Origin: Octopus vulgaris
Lineage: Eukaryota
Assembly: GCA_951406725.2 (NCBI GenBank)
Contig: OX597819.1
Span: 23,498,001-23,562,000 of the forward strand
Length of the DNA: 64,000 bases
Direction of reading: 5' to 3'
The notes under the pieces were generated by a model. That model made no database searches and was not told the origin of the DNA. It saw nothing but the letters and a program-made list of their open reading frames with translations. How positions within the stretch are numbered: position 1 is the stretch's first letter; every line of letters begins with the position of its first letter. Positions 26,350 through 38,944 of this stretch are shown in pieces. Both the position numbers and the translations under genes were made by a program.

Positions 26350-26700
26350 TACAGTACTAAAACCCAAGTGGGTGGGGTCGGGGTTGTGATGCAAGAAGAT
26401 ATGATACGGCAGCGGTGGAACTATTTCTTTGGTACAAATACAGTGATGCATAAAGGTGGGGTTTGAAGGTGAGAAAGAGACCAAAGTTATTTGGTATGTT
26501 TGGTGTGCACATAATGGATATCGTGTCAGTATATAATCACGGTTCTTTGTCGGTGTGCATGTCAGCTGTGGATACTGACTGGGGCAGACGGTTCAAAATA
26601 GCAAACAATATGGCATCCGCGCCAGCAGCGTTGGACTGGGAAGAGTGCAAGGGCAAAAACAGTTGCATATATTGAAATCACAGGCAACAATAATGAATGT
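26350..26700 (-). pseudogene. LINE APE endonuclease fragment (CR1-like), highly decayed
   Basis: IIVACDFNI (GDFN-like) followed by FAILN.L.Q and GLFLT in shifting frames. Confidence 0.5.
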
Positions 26701-26739
26701 AGTGGTGGTGGTTTTGGTGGTGGTCAATGACTACGACAA

Positions 26740-27322
26740 TGACGAGGAGGTGGCGGAGGAGGAGGAGGAGGTGAAAGAGAAGATGGAAGTGGAGTTGATG
26801 GGAGGAGGAAGAGGAGTGGGGAGGTGAAAGAGGAGTTGGTAGTGGAGGAGGTGAGGCGTGGGGAGGAGGAGAGAAGGAGGAGGGAGGAGGAGGGGAGATG
26901 GAGGAGGAGGTGAAAGAGGAAGAGGTAAAAGAGGAGGAGGAGGGGATGAGATGGAGGAGGAGGTGAAAGAGGAAGAGGTGGAAGAGGAGGAAGTGAAAGA
27001 GGAAGAGGTGAAAGAGGAGGAGGTAGAAGAGAAGGTGAATGAGGAAGAGGTGAAAGAGGAAGAGGTGAAAGAGGAGGAGGAGGTAGAAGAGGAGGAGGTG
27101 AAAGAGGAGGAGGTAGAAGAGGAGGAGGTGAAAGAGGAGGAGGTAGAAGAGGAGGGGGTGAAAGAGGAGGAGGGAAAAGAGGAGGAGAAAAAGGAAGAGG
27201 TAGAAGAGGAGGTGAAAGAGGAAGAGGTAGAAGAGGAGGTGAAAGAGGAAGAGGTGAAAGAGGAGGAAGTGAAAGAGGAAGAGGTGAAAGAGGAGGAGGT
27301 AGAAGAGGAGGAGGTGAAAGTA
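26740..27322. repeat. Purine-rich (GAG)n / GTGAAAGAGGAGGAG minisatellite
   Basis: Read directly; gives a probably spurious Glu-rich ORF. Confidence 0.9.
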
Positions 27323-27599
27323 GTTATGTCAAGTGAAGTGTGAGAGATGTATTTAGATGCAAATCGTGAGTTTGGAAAGAAACAGAGACAGCAGATGAAC
27401 TTGGATTAACGATGAAATGAAACTTGATTGAGACCAATATTATCCTAGGGGTCATTGTTGCTGAAATCCAGAGGGGAAGGATAAGAGAATAACAGGATTC
27501 TAAGTACTTGCCACAGAAACCACTCTCCAAATAAAATGGAAATATAAAATGGTTACCTGGACATCCTTTCAGTCTATATATGGGTCTATACATGAACAA

Positions 27600-27990
27600 C
27601 ACAAGTCAACCTCGGCGATAGTTTGAATATGTTCTAAGTTCAAATTCCGACGCAACGCAGTTGATTTTGCCTTTTACCCTTTTGGGGTTGAAAAATAAAT
27701 GCTAGTCGAAAACAGGGGTCGATGCAATCGACGAACCCCGATCAACAAAATTCCAGGGAGTTGTGCCTATAGAAGAAATGATTATTGGTAAAGGTGGTGC
27801 ACTAGCAGAATCATTAGCACACAGAGCAAAATTCTAAGCGACATTTCTTCCAGGTTTACATGTTCCAGGTTCAAATTTCGCCAAGGCTGATACTGTCTTT
27901 CATCTTTTTGAGGAAACAGTAAAATTAGTGCCAATTGAATGCTGACATCACCTCCATCGACTTCCAGGCCTTGTGCCTACAGGAGAAAGA
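27600..27990 (+). mobile_element. Two decayed family D-related SINEs in tandem
   Basis: Each has a GTTCAAATT(C/T)CG box and a decayed GCCTTTCATC-type domain, and each ends in TTGTGCCTA. Confidence 0.65.
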
Positions 27991-28076
27991 GAAAATATAC
28001 ATAGTACTCCCTGATCTAATCCCAGATTCCAATATGTGACTAAATGAGATTCAAGGCTTTTTTTTTTTATATGCAT

Positions 28077-28470
28077 AGGCGCAGGAGTGGCTGTGTGGTA
28101 AGTAGCTTGTTTACCAACCACATGGTTCTGGGTTCAGTCCCACTGCGTGACACCTTGGGCAAGTGTCTTCTACTATAGCCTCGAGCCGACCAAAGCCTTG
28201 TGAGTGGATTTGGTAGACGGAAACTGAAAGAAGCCCATCGTATATATATATGTGTGTGTGTTTGTGTGTCTGTGTTTGTCCCCCTAGCATTGCTTGACAA
28301 CCAATGCTGGTGTGTTTATGTCCCCATTACTTAGCGGTTCGGCAAAAGAGACCGATAGAATAAGTACTGGGCTTAGAAAAGAATAAGTCCCTGGGTCGAG
28401 TTGCTCGATTAAAGGCGGTGCTCCAGCATGGCCGCAGTCAAATGACTGAAACAAGTAAAAGAGTAAAAGA
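28077..28470 (+). mobile_element. SINE family A
   Basis: Full-length match to the family. Confidence 0.92.
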
Positions 28471-29529
28471 GTTCCAGGAGTTTGTGGTGCCATTAACATT
28501 AATTAATTTACGTTAGTTAATGCCATTTATCTGGCTATCATTTAAGTAACAGCAAACTGTTAAACAACATTCAATTGGTTCAATCAGTTATTTACTTTCA
28601 ATCTTAATTTTGATGTGATGAAAAACCGTATAAAATATAAAATTTCAAGATAATAAGATCGATTATTTCTGATCATCGTCAATAAAGTGTCCGCTGTAAT
28701 AACACTAACACCGCGAAATACTTTTGAATACATTTGGCACAACAGATGTTTTTCATGTTCTGACATTTCAGGGAGGACTTCTGAAGCAGGTTTACTCGTG
28801 TAGGCCTTCTTATACGCTGTATATCCACCGATTATGCCACCTATTAAGATTAATAGAATATGTTTATTTGAGCAAAAGGTTAGTTAAATATATTAGCATT
28901 TTATTCAAGTCATATAATACACTTTAAACATTCAATAAATTTATATTATTCTAAAGCATACAACACAGTCGACCATAGCTACTTGCCACCTCCTCTACTT
29001 TCAGCACCATAACAGAATATAATAAAGAGAATTAGCTTAAACACCGAGGTAGATGCACTAAGGAATTCATGAACAAAACCGAATAAAACAGACAGAATTA
29101 AAAGAAAAGTTTAGTAATAAATACAGCTCCAGGAATGAATCTAATATGTAAATTGATATATCTAATAACTTAACATTGCTGTATACGGTGGCTATGTGTT
29201 CAGAGGTGAGAGTGGGTTACATGGGTGCTGATGAAGGGACGGCAACCCCCCCCCCCCCCCCCCCGAAATAAGGTATATACACTCATTACCCATTTTGTCT
29301 TCAATTTCATGGTTTATATCTGATGTCTCAATACAAAACGTTGCAAAAAAAATCAGTGTTGGTTTTAATTTCTGTAGAAACAACCCTAACAAAATAACTT
29401 TAAAGATTGACTTTAGAATGACTGACTTTAAAATGGTATCAAATGTTATCTACTTCTAACAGAAAGGTGCCTTGCACATTCTAATGTTAAAAAAAAAAAA
29501 AAAGCATAATCGTGATTGTGTGATAAATC

Positions 29530-29682
29530 GTAGCTGTGGGGTAAGAAACTTGCTTCCCAACAACACTGTTCTGGGTTCAGTCTTTCTGCGTGGCACCTTA
29601 GGCAAGTGTCTTCTACTATAGCCTTGGGCCGACCAAAGCCTTGTGAGTGGATTTGATAGACGGAAACAGAAAGAAGCTTGTC

Positions 29683-29755
<73 letters not shown>

Positions 29756-29938
29756 TGTGTGTGTGTAAATGTTTGTGTGTCTATTTGCGTCCCCATAACT
29801 TACCGGTTTGGCAAAAGAGAGACCAATAGAATAAGTACTAGGCTTACAAAGAATAAGCCCTGGTGTCGATTTTTTTCGACTAAAGGTGGTGCTCCAGCAT
29901 GGCCACAGTCAAATGACTGAAGCAAGTAAAAGAATAAG
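29530..29938 (+). mobile_element. SINE family A
   Basis: Family match with expanded (TG)n. Confidence 0.9.
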
Positions 29939-30054
29939 AGAATATAATAAAGAGAATTAGCTTAAACACCGAGGTAGATGCACTAAGGAATTCATGAACA
30001 ATACCGAATAAAACAGACAGAATTAAAAGAAAAGTTTAGTAATAAATACAAGAG

Positions 30055-30400
30055 ACAAGGGTTCCAGTTGGAACAGCCTGCTCATGAAATTAACACGCAA
30101 GTGGCTGAGCACTCCACAGACACGATTACCCTTGACGTAGTTCTTAGGGAGATTCAGTGCGATGCAGAGTGTGACAAGGCTGGCCCTTTGAAATACAGGT
30201 ACAACAGAAACAGGAAGAAAGAGTGAGAGAAAGTTGTGGTGAAAGCGTACAGCAGGGTTCACCACCACCCCCTGCTGGAGCATCGTGGAGCTTTAAGTGT
30301 TTTCACTCAATAAAAACTCACAACTCCCAGTCTAGGAATTGAAACTGAGATCCTATGACCGTGAGTCCACTGCCTTAACCACTGGGCCATTGTACCTCCA
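30055..30400 (-). mobile_element. SINE family B
   Basis: Reverse complement of 7163-7546. Confidence 0.9.
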
Positions 30401-30524
30401 TTAGATTAATACTCAAAACACAGCTAAAGGCAAAAAGAAACCAAAAAAAACAAAATAGAAGACATCAATATTCAAGGTGTACCAGTAGCAAGTTGTTCTG
30501 CCAGCCGGCTACCTTAACAGAATG

Positions 30525-30905
30525 AATCGACCCCAGAACTTATTCTTTGTAAGCCTAGTACTTATTCTATCGGTATCTTTTGCCGAACTACTAAGTTACA
30601 GGAACGTAAACATAACAACATGTGTTGTCAAGTAGTAGGAGGGGGCAAACACAGACACACACATACATACCCACAAGAGTAAACAAGAGAGACAGAGACA
30701 GGCAGAAACGAGGAAAATGCCACTTGTATTTCAATACTATACAAATATTCTTTTAAAAAACTTTTCTTTTAATTTGTCCAAAATTTAATTGTTTTCCATA
30801 CTAACAGTTGGAAAAGTCTCAATGACTGAAACTGGTACTGAAATGGTTTTTATAAAATTATTTTAGCATTTTCTACCTTGAGATTTTTTCCATATATAAA
30901 TATAC

Positions 30906-30989
<84 letters not shown>

Positions 30990-31061
30990 GTATGTATATA
31001 TATATATGTATATGTATGTATATATATATATATATATATGTATGTATATATATATATATAC

Positions 31062-31107
<46 letters not shown>

Positions 31108-31850
31108 AATCGAAATCGAATTGAACCAGCCAGGATCCCTGGTCTGGTGGTACGTAAAAAGCACTATCTGACTCGTGGCCGATGCCAGCGCCGCTTCGAC
31201 TGGCTTCCGTGCCGGTGGCACGTAAAATACTCCAATCCGACCGTACGACAGGCACCCATGCCAACCCCCTTTGCTTGTGAAGACATGTTGGGGCAAGCGA
31301 AATCGAAATCGAAATCGAATTGAACCAGCCAGGATCCCTGGTCTGGTGGTACGTAAAAAGCACTATCCGACTCGTGGCCGATGCCAGCACCGCCTCGACT
31401 GGCTTCCGTGCCGGTGGCACATAAAATACACCAATCCGACCGTGGCCGTTGCCAGCCTCACCTGGCACCTGTGCAGGTGGCACGTAAAAAGCACCCACTA
31501 CACTCACGGAGTGGTTGGCGTTAGGAAGGGCATCCAGCTGTAGAAACATTGCCAGATTAGACTGGAGCCTGGTGCAGCCTTCTGGCTTCCCAGAACCCCG
31601 GTCGAACCGTCCAACCCATGCTAGCATGGAGAACGGACGTTAAACGATGATGATGATGATGATGATATACATATGTATGTATGTATAAACGGCTGGCTTC
31701 TTTCAGTTTCTGTCAACCAAATCCATTCACAAAGTTTTGGTCAGCCTGTAGCTGTAGCAGAACACACTTGCCCCAGAATGCCAAGCAGTGGGACTGAACT
31801 CCGAATTATATGATTGGGAAGCAGGTTTCTTACCACTCAGCCACACCTGC
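30525..31850 (-). mobile_element. SINE family A split by nested insertions (3' part 30525-30670, 5' part 31685-31850)
   Basis: Collinear halves on the same strand flank microsatellite and inserted elements. Confidence 0.7.
31105..31666 (+). mobile_element. RTE LINE 3' UTR with (GAT)n tail and ~200-bp internal tandem duplication
   Basis: End CCAACCCATGCTAGCATGGA...GGACGTTAAACGATGATGAT is shared with the LINE end at 43853-43920 (minus). Confidence 0.88.
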
Positions 31851-32399
31851 TATTTGGTGCGGTGGAGATGACTCCATCAAAGCACCAGGGGTTAGAACAC
31901 CTGAAAGTCATAGACAGGCATGACAACTTACCCCAAATCCCATTCATGAGCGATGGACATCGACGTTTCGCCATTTATGTGGCTTATCAAAATCACATAC
32001 TTGAACCAAATTAATGTTCATAATTATTTTTCTTCGCTATAAGGTTTTCGACCCTGAAAGGATGAAAAGTAAAGTCAACCTTGGGGGAATTTGATCTCAG
32101 AACGTAAAGACAAAAGAAATGTCATGAAGCGTTTTGCTCGACATGCCAGATTCTCTCCGTCTCTCTGCTTCCCCTCATATTGCTGGCTGGAAGTGGTGGA
32201 AACACTGTTGTCCCGGAGCAAAACGCGAACAAGCACTGATTACTTTCTGTTTGAAAAGAGCAGAGCATGCCTAGTGACTAGGTTTCTTTTGTGGCCTGTT
32301 GCATCTTGTAGAAGCACCAAGGTTGGAGGGATGGCAGGAGTTTTGTCTGCTGTGTCCGCTCAGCTGTTCTTCAAATCTACACTGACCATTTTAAAGTGA

Positions 32400-32910
32400 T
32401 TTGAGAAAACACATGGCTCTGGGACAACTGACCAGCCGACTCCAAGCTATCAGTGGTACTTTACTGAACTGTTCGTGAGAAGCAATTGACTGAAGATGAT
32501 AGACTTCAGTACTTATTCAGACGATCCACCACAACTTCTACCTGAAGATGGAGAGTGCTGTGAAAAACCAGTTTCAGTAGATGAAGTAGCGGATTTGATA
32601 GGCGACTGTTGAATAGAAAAATCACCAGGGTTGGGCTATGCTTCCTATGCAACTTAGTGTTAAATATCAGATTTATTCGCTACGTCTTTAGCAGCTGATA
32701 ATTGCAACTAGGAGCATTCTTAGTAGACTGGGAACATTTCAGTCGTACGAGTCAAAGTATCTCTACAAGAGTCAAAGAGCAGTGACATAACTGAGGAAAA
32801 ACTAGACCAAGGAGGAACATTATAGACAACTCCGAGTCCATAAATTTGTTCAGCCTAAAGACTTTTGCATAGATGGTCGCTCAGTGGTTGGTGCTTATCT
32901 CTGACAATTT
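32400..32910 (+). pseudogene. Tx1/L1-like LINE RT N-terminal fragment, highly decayed
   Basis: PQLLPEDGECCEKPVSVDEVADLIGDC*IEKSPGLG at ~32528-32635 resembles the pre-RT KSPGxDG region. Confidence 0.55.
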
Positions 32911-33254
32911 AGGTTCAATAAATTTATATTATTCTAAAGCATACGACAGAGTCGACCATCGCTACTTACCACCTCCTCTACTTTCAGCACCATCATCTTC
33001 AGAGGCTGGACTGCTTCAATACATAGTAGTATCTGTTTAGTAGTCAAATAAACACCCACCTATCCCGTGCCCTACTGTGAAGGATGCCTTGTCTCATTTT
33101 TTCTGACCGCTTTAGTACTGGATCTAATACTACAAAGGTGGGAGACGCTGAAGGTAATCACACTCAGACTGGAGCACATGTGACCCACATTTGCATATGT
33201 GATTACCAAGAGGTAACAGTAGCGGACATTAACCATGACGACAAGAACCTGTCT

Positions 33255-33401
33255 TCAGGTTCTGAGTTCAAATTCCATCGAGGTGGACTTTGCCTTTCAT
33301 CCTTTCAGAGTCAATGAAAAAGTACCAGTCAAGCACTGGGTCTATGTAATTGACTTACCCTGCCCTTAAAATTTCAGGCCTTGTGCCTATAGTAGAAAGA
33401 G

Positions 33402-33432
<31 letters not shown>

Positions 33433-33970
33433 CATTATTTTTTTTTTTTTTTTTAATGAAGCCTAGTGGTTAGGGTTTTTACGCTCACAATCGACAGATC
33501 GTGATTTCAATTCCTGGACGGAGTGGTGCGTTGTGTTCTTGAGGAAAACACTTCATCTCATGTTGCTCTGTGATCACTTTGACACCTGATGCGAGGTACA
33601 ATTGTTCAGACAACATCAATTTGATGGAGAGAATGAGCTAATGTACAGCAGGTACATTCATCCCTATAAACAGATCATTTGTGCAAGTTTTTCGCTGAGG
33701 GCTGAATGCTTTTACGTCATCTTCGACGGGAGAGTCCATCATCATAATTATCAGTATTAAGACGGCGAGCTAGCAGAATCGTTAGCCAGACGAAACGCTA
33801 AGCAGTATTTCGCCCATCGCTACCTTCTGAATCCAAATTCTGCCAATGTTAGTTTTGCCTTTCATCCTTTCGGGGTCAATAAATTAAGTACCAGTGAAAC
33901 ACTCAGGGTCAATGTAATCAACTAGACCCCTCCCACCAGATCAGAGGCCTTGTGCCTCCAGGAGAAAGGA
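33255..33970 (+). mobile_element. SINE cluster: family D (33255-33405), CORE-like (33458-33745), family D (33760-33970)
   Basis: Family motifs separated by (ATT)n. Confidence 0.75.
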
Positions 33971-34102
33971 TTATTATTATTATTATAATTATTATTATTA
34001 TTAATATTATTATCATCATCATCAACATCATCATGATCATCATTACTATCATTATTATCATTACTATTATTATTATTATTATTATTGTTATTATTATTAT
34101 TA

Positions 34103-34440
34103 CCTTTGCATAGCTTCTAACACTGGATATGTACTACAGTGTCAGCTGTTCACTACCAGTGAACTAAGGTAACACCTCTTATTTTTAGAGCACCTTCTGG
34201 AGTATTCGAGCGATTCCAAGCAATGCTGTTTTATGCAAGTGTTCCACCATTATTGCAGCCCCTATTCGTTCCACATACTTCTCAAGATTTTTGCTCACTG
34301 TTCCCAGGGCTCCAACAATTATTGGTATTACTACTACTACCACCTTTTTCATCGACCACAACTGCTTAACTTCCCAAACTAAGCTTTCATATCTCCTCGA
34401 CTTTTCTTTCTTCCCAAGCTAACCTGTGATATCTCTTGAC
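34103..34440 (-). mobile_element. R4/Dong-like 3' end in (TAA)n
   Basis: Minus-strand VVIPIIVGALGTVSKNLEKY...LHKTALLG; homologous to 38945-39240. Confidence 0.8.
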
Positions 34441-34460
34441 TTTTCTTTCTATTATTATTA

Positions 34461-35016
34461 TTGAGTGAGAGAGCAGTGCATGCCATCAAAGTGACACTGG
34501 GGTAAAATATACGAAGCCCAATATACCCATCATGACTACCCGTCTGATAAAGGTACACCAGGCACATGCATCACAACCATATGTGCGCGACATGGTGATC
34601 TCATATCAAGATAAACAGCACATGACCTTGCAGGTGGGGCCCAGTTAGAATTCTCTTCAGGTTGAGTAGCCCATCCCGCTCAAAAGGTCCCTGAATAAGG
34701 GTTGTTTAAGGATGTTGAAAGAACCACCCATGTTTCCAGAGGTGAATTATTCAAACCCCAAAGAATCCCTCTCAACACATGGCTATGATGCTCCCCCACT
34801 ACTTCTGCTTGTGATCAGAGATGCACATATCGTCTCCACTAAGGGACATGCTCAACTGGTTACGGTCAAACAACTGACAAGCAAATCTGTGGTACTGAGC
34901 AGAATATTTGCTGTAGCCCATGTTTTATACCAAGACCAAAACAATGTACATGATAACACTTCCAATCAGTTAAGATCAGAAGCCATGAGAGCCACTGCCT
35001 GGTACTGCATCAGGGC

Positions 35017-35019
<3 letters not shown>
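34461..35019 (-). mobile_element. ~560-bp non-autonomous element in (TAA)n, copy 1
   Basis: Near-identical to 37969-38529; both copies are bounded by (ATT)n. Confidence 0.85.
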
Positions 35020-35058
<39 letters not shown>

Positions 35059-35084
35059 TACTACTATTATTATTATTATAATTA

Positions 35085-35968
35085 CTAGCTTAAGGTGACC
35101 CGCTCTACGTGCGAGTAAGAGTGTGGTTCTTACTTTCTGTTGTTTATCACCACATTCTCCCTCTTTGTTTCTCTCTCCTTTTTCTCTCACCTTCCCACTC
35201 TCTTACTCTTCCTTTTTCTCAGACTCTCCCTCACTTTCTCTTACTCTCTATCTTTCTCTATCTATCTCTCTCCCCTTTATAAACAACAAAAGATCTTGAG
35301 TAAGTTGAGAAAGAAAATATTTTGAAAGATCAATCATAAATATCAGGCAGTAACAACGGAAAGGTCTGCTTCAAGGCAGACAGCAAAACACTAACATTTA
35401 AAAGGGACAGACGAACTTGCGATCTGAATAAAAATAAAAAAATATTCGAAACCAAAGTTTGAAGGGATAGAATTTGAGGATAGTAGAATCACCATGGCTG
35501 GCATTTCTTAACAACAGACAGCAAGATAGTGGCAGTTTAATGGCTGGCGTAAAATTTTGAACTTGATGTAAAAGAAAATTCCTAAGCACCAAGTTTTGAA
35601 GTGATTCTTTCTCACGACAGTAGACTCACCATGGCAAGCATTCAAAACTTCTTCATCATGGACGGCAACACATTAACGATTTAAAGGCTGGAGCAAATTT
35701 TTTAGCTTGATGTAACAGAGAATTCCTAAATACCCGCTCCTGTAAATTTTAATCCCCTTTCAGCCCCATTTAGACCCCTTTTCACATTTTGGTTAATATA
35801 ATCCGATTTCATTCGGGTCTACTCGGGCCACATTTTATAAGATGAGGAAGTTTGTCCTAGAAGTCAACCCTTTCATTTAAGGGAAAAAATAGTTGCCATG
35901 CAAACTCGCCAGCACTTTTAACATAGGTGTGCATATTTTCAGCTCAACCGACCACATAATGCACACAT

Positions 35969-35990
<22 letters not shown>
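35085..35990 (-). mobile_element. Non-autonomous Helitron-like element
   Basis: CTAG 3' end at 35085-35088 with a subterminal GC hairpin; the 5' end merges into (TA)n. Confidence 0.55.
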
Positions 35991-35994
<4 letters not shown>

Positions 35995-36000
<6 letters not shown>

Positions 36001-36457
36001 AATATTAAAATTACTAAGTCTCTCTAAAAGAGATTATGGCAGCGTTACTGGAAATTAATTGTTATCGCCATATTAATATGGCAGTCTTATAGATATAAGA
36101 CTAAAAGCTGTCGCTGATTAGCTCCATGAGGCCATCGCCTTAAGATAGCTATTTGACACACAAACTGTCCATTATAACCTTCGAACAAGGGAGGTCAGCC
36201 GCTTCACACTGCCAGTCAGACAGCTAGACGCGTTTCAGGGTATTTGCCCTTTGTCAATGTAGCGTAGTCGACCCAGCAGGTGTCGCCACTGATCGTCTCT
36301 GTTCGAAGGTTTTATTTACCTAGTTTCGGTGGAAGACATCCACTTGTTTTCAATAATAGAAGTATTAAAATTACTAAGTCTCTCTAAAAGAGATTACGGC
36401 AGCGTTACTGGAAATTAATTGTTATTGCCATATTAATATGGCAGTCTTATAGATATA
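35995..36457 (-). mobile_element. Retrozyme/Penelope-like unit: 360-bp period, ~100-bp direct terminal repeats, hammerhead variant
   Basis: 35995-36097 repeats at 36355-36457; hammerhead-like motif at 36223-36263; (TA)n flanks. Confidence 0.7.
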
Positions 36458-37076
36458 TATGTGTGTGCGTGTGTGTATGCATTATATATACAAATTATAC
36501 ATACATATATATATATATACACACATATATATATATAAATACAGATATATACACTTTGTATATATACATTATATATACATATTTATATATAGAACACACA
36601 CACACACACACACAGACACATATATAAATTAACCCAATAAATATCTGATTCATATTTGTTCTCATGATTGTGTTGTGGTGGTGGTGATGATAATTCTCTC
36701 TATGAATGCAGACAGACGTAGAGAGGGATGATGTGGGAGGAAAGGTGACAGCACTGGCAAAGTCGGCGGGGGAAGATAGTAGATGCTGTCAAACGACGTT
36801 ATAGAGAGAAATTGAAAGGAAGGGAGGAAAGAGAGAGAGAGAGATGGAGGAAGACAGGCAGATAAGAGAATGAGAGAAGACTTGTCAAAGTGTGCGTTTT
36901 TTGCCCTAGTAACCACACCTTTTAAGATTTCTAACCAAGCCCACTCACATCCTCACCTCATTTTACATGTCCCTGTAAATTTGGGAGTCAATCCGACGGG
37001 ATCTAGTGCCTTTTAACCTGTTCCAGTGCCAAAACCAGATAAACAAACTTTCTCATTTCAGAATTATAATATAGAG

Positions 37077-37108
<32 letters not shown>

Positions 37109-37109
37109 A

Positions 37110-37162
<53 letters not shown>

Positions 37163-37229
37163 TATTATTACTATTATTACTATTATTATTACAATTATTA
37201 TTATTATTATTACAATTATTATTATTACA

Positions 37230-37273
<44 letters not shown>

Positions 37274-37563
37274 AATTATTATTATTACAATTATTATTAT
37301 TATTATTATTATTACAATTATTATTATTATTATTACAATTATTATTATTACAATTATTATTATTATTATTACAATTATTAGTATTATTATCATTATTACT
37401 ATTATTATTATTATTATTATTATTATTACAATTATTATTATTATCATCATTATTATTATTATTACAATTATTATTATCATTATTATTATTATTATTATTA
37501 TTATCATTATTATTACTATTATTATTATCGTTATTACTATTATTATTATTATCATTATTATTG

Positions 37564-37620
<57 letters not shown>
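37077..37620. repeat. Long (ATT)n microsatellite with ACA/ACT/ATC interruptions
   Basis: Read directly. Confidence 0.97.
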
Positions 37621-37621
<1 letters not shown>

Positions 37622-37935
37622 GGCGGCGAGCCGGCAGAATCACTAGCGCACCTGGCAAGATGCTTAGTGACATTTCAACCAGCCCGCTCCCCAAATTTCA
37701 AGCCTTGTAGCTGTGGTAGATTATTATTATTAGGCGGCGGCAAGCAGTTGAAATTATTAGCATGAGAGCATTTTGTCCATTATTACGTTCTGAGTTCAAA
37801 TTCCACCAAGGTCAACTTTGCCTTTCATCTTTCCAGAGTCAATTAAATAAGCACCAGCTACACCCTAGAGTCGATGTGATCGACTAGCCCTCTTCCCGCA
37901 AATTTCAGGCCTTGTGCCTATAGTAGAAAGGATTA
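37621..37935 (+). mobile_element. Family D-related SINEs (one internally deleted, one near full length)
   Basis: Family head and central domain present. Confidence 0.75.
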
Positions 37936-37968
37936 CTAATATTACTAATATTATTATTATTATTATTA

Positions 37969-38525
37969 TTGAGTGAGAGAGCAGTGCATACCATCAAAGT
38001 GACACTGGGGTAAAATATACGAAGCCCAATATACCCATCATGACTACCCGTCTGATAAGGGTACACCAGGCACATGCATCACTACCATATGTGCGCAATA
38101 TGATGATCTCATATCAAGATAAACAGTGCATGACCTTGCAGGTGGGGCCCATTTAGAATTTTCTTCTGGTCGAGTAGCCCATTCTGCTCAAAAGGTCCCT
38201 GAATAAGGATTGTTTAAGGATGTTGAACAAATCACCCATGTTTCCAAAAGTGAATTATCCAAACCTCTAAGAATTCCTCTCAACACACGGCTATGATGCT
38301 CCCCCACTACTTCTGCTCGTGATAAGGGATGCACATATCGTTGGCCACTAAGGGACATGCTCAACTGGTTAAGGTCAAACAACTGACAAGCAAATCTGTG
38401 GCATTGAGCAGAATATTTGCTATAGCCCATGTTTTATACCAAGACCAAAACAATGTACATGATAACACTTCCAATCAGTTAAGATCAGAAGCCATGAGAG
38501 CCACTGCCTGGTACTGCATCAGGGC

Positions 38526-38529
<4 letters not shown>
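37969..38529 (-). mobile_element. ~560-bp non-autonomous element in (TAA)n, copy 2
   Basis: Matches 34461-35019. Confidence 0.85.
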
Positions 38530-38578
<49 letters not shown>

Positions 38579-38579
38579 T

Positions 38580-38891
38580 GTAGTCTTATCTTTATTACGC
38601 ACGTTCACTGCACTACTGAGCAGAGCTGTTTGTGCCTTAGGTTTGTACTGTGGGTTGTTGTGGTGCTCTTATTTTTACTGTATTGAAAGTGTTTTACGTA
38701 GGATGTGTGCAATACCTAGTAGTGTTATTTCCTGTATGTTATATACATTTGTAAGTCCTGGTGTTTTGGTTACATAGTTGTCTGAATGTTTTTTTTATCA
38801 TACCTAATGCACCTGTTATAATAGGAATTGCTTTTGCTTTTAGGTTCCACATTTGAGTTACTTCTATTTCCAGCTCTTTGTATTTGGAGAG

Positions 38892-38892
<1 letters not shown>
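38580..38892 (-). mobile_element. R4/Dong-like 3' end (same family as 11323-11690)
   Basis: Reverse-complement homology; (ATT)n flanks. Confidence 0.8.
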
Positions 38893-38939
<47 letters not shown>

Positions 38940-38944
38940 TTATT

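Noticed and set aside
26858-27343. 161-aa Glu-rich ORF
   Set aside because: Stop-free only because it is a GAG-based repeat; no ATG start or splice evidence.
37026-37694. Poly-Ile and poly-Asn ORFs
   Set aside because: Translations of (ATT)n; the same applies to the YI, HT, CV and LSIY ORFs elsewhere.
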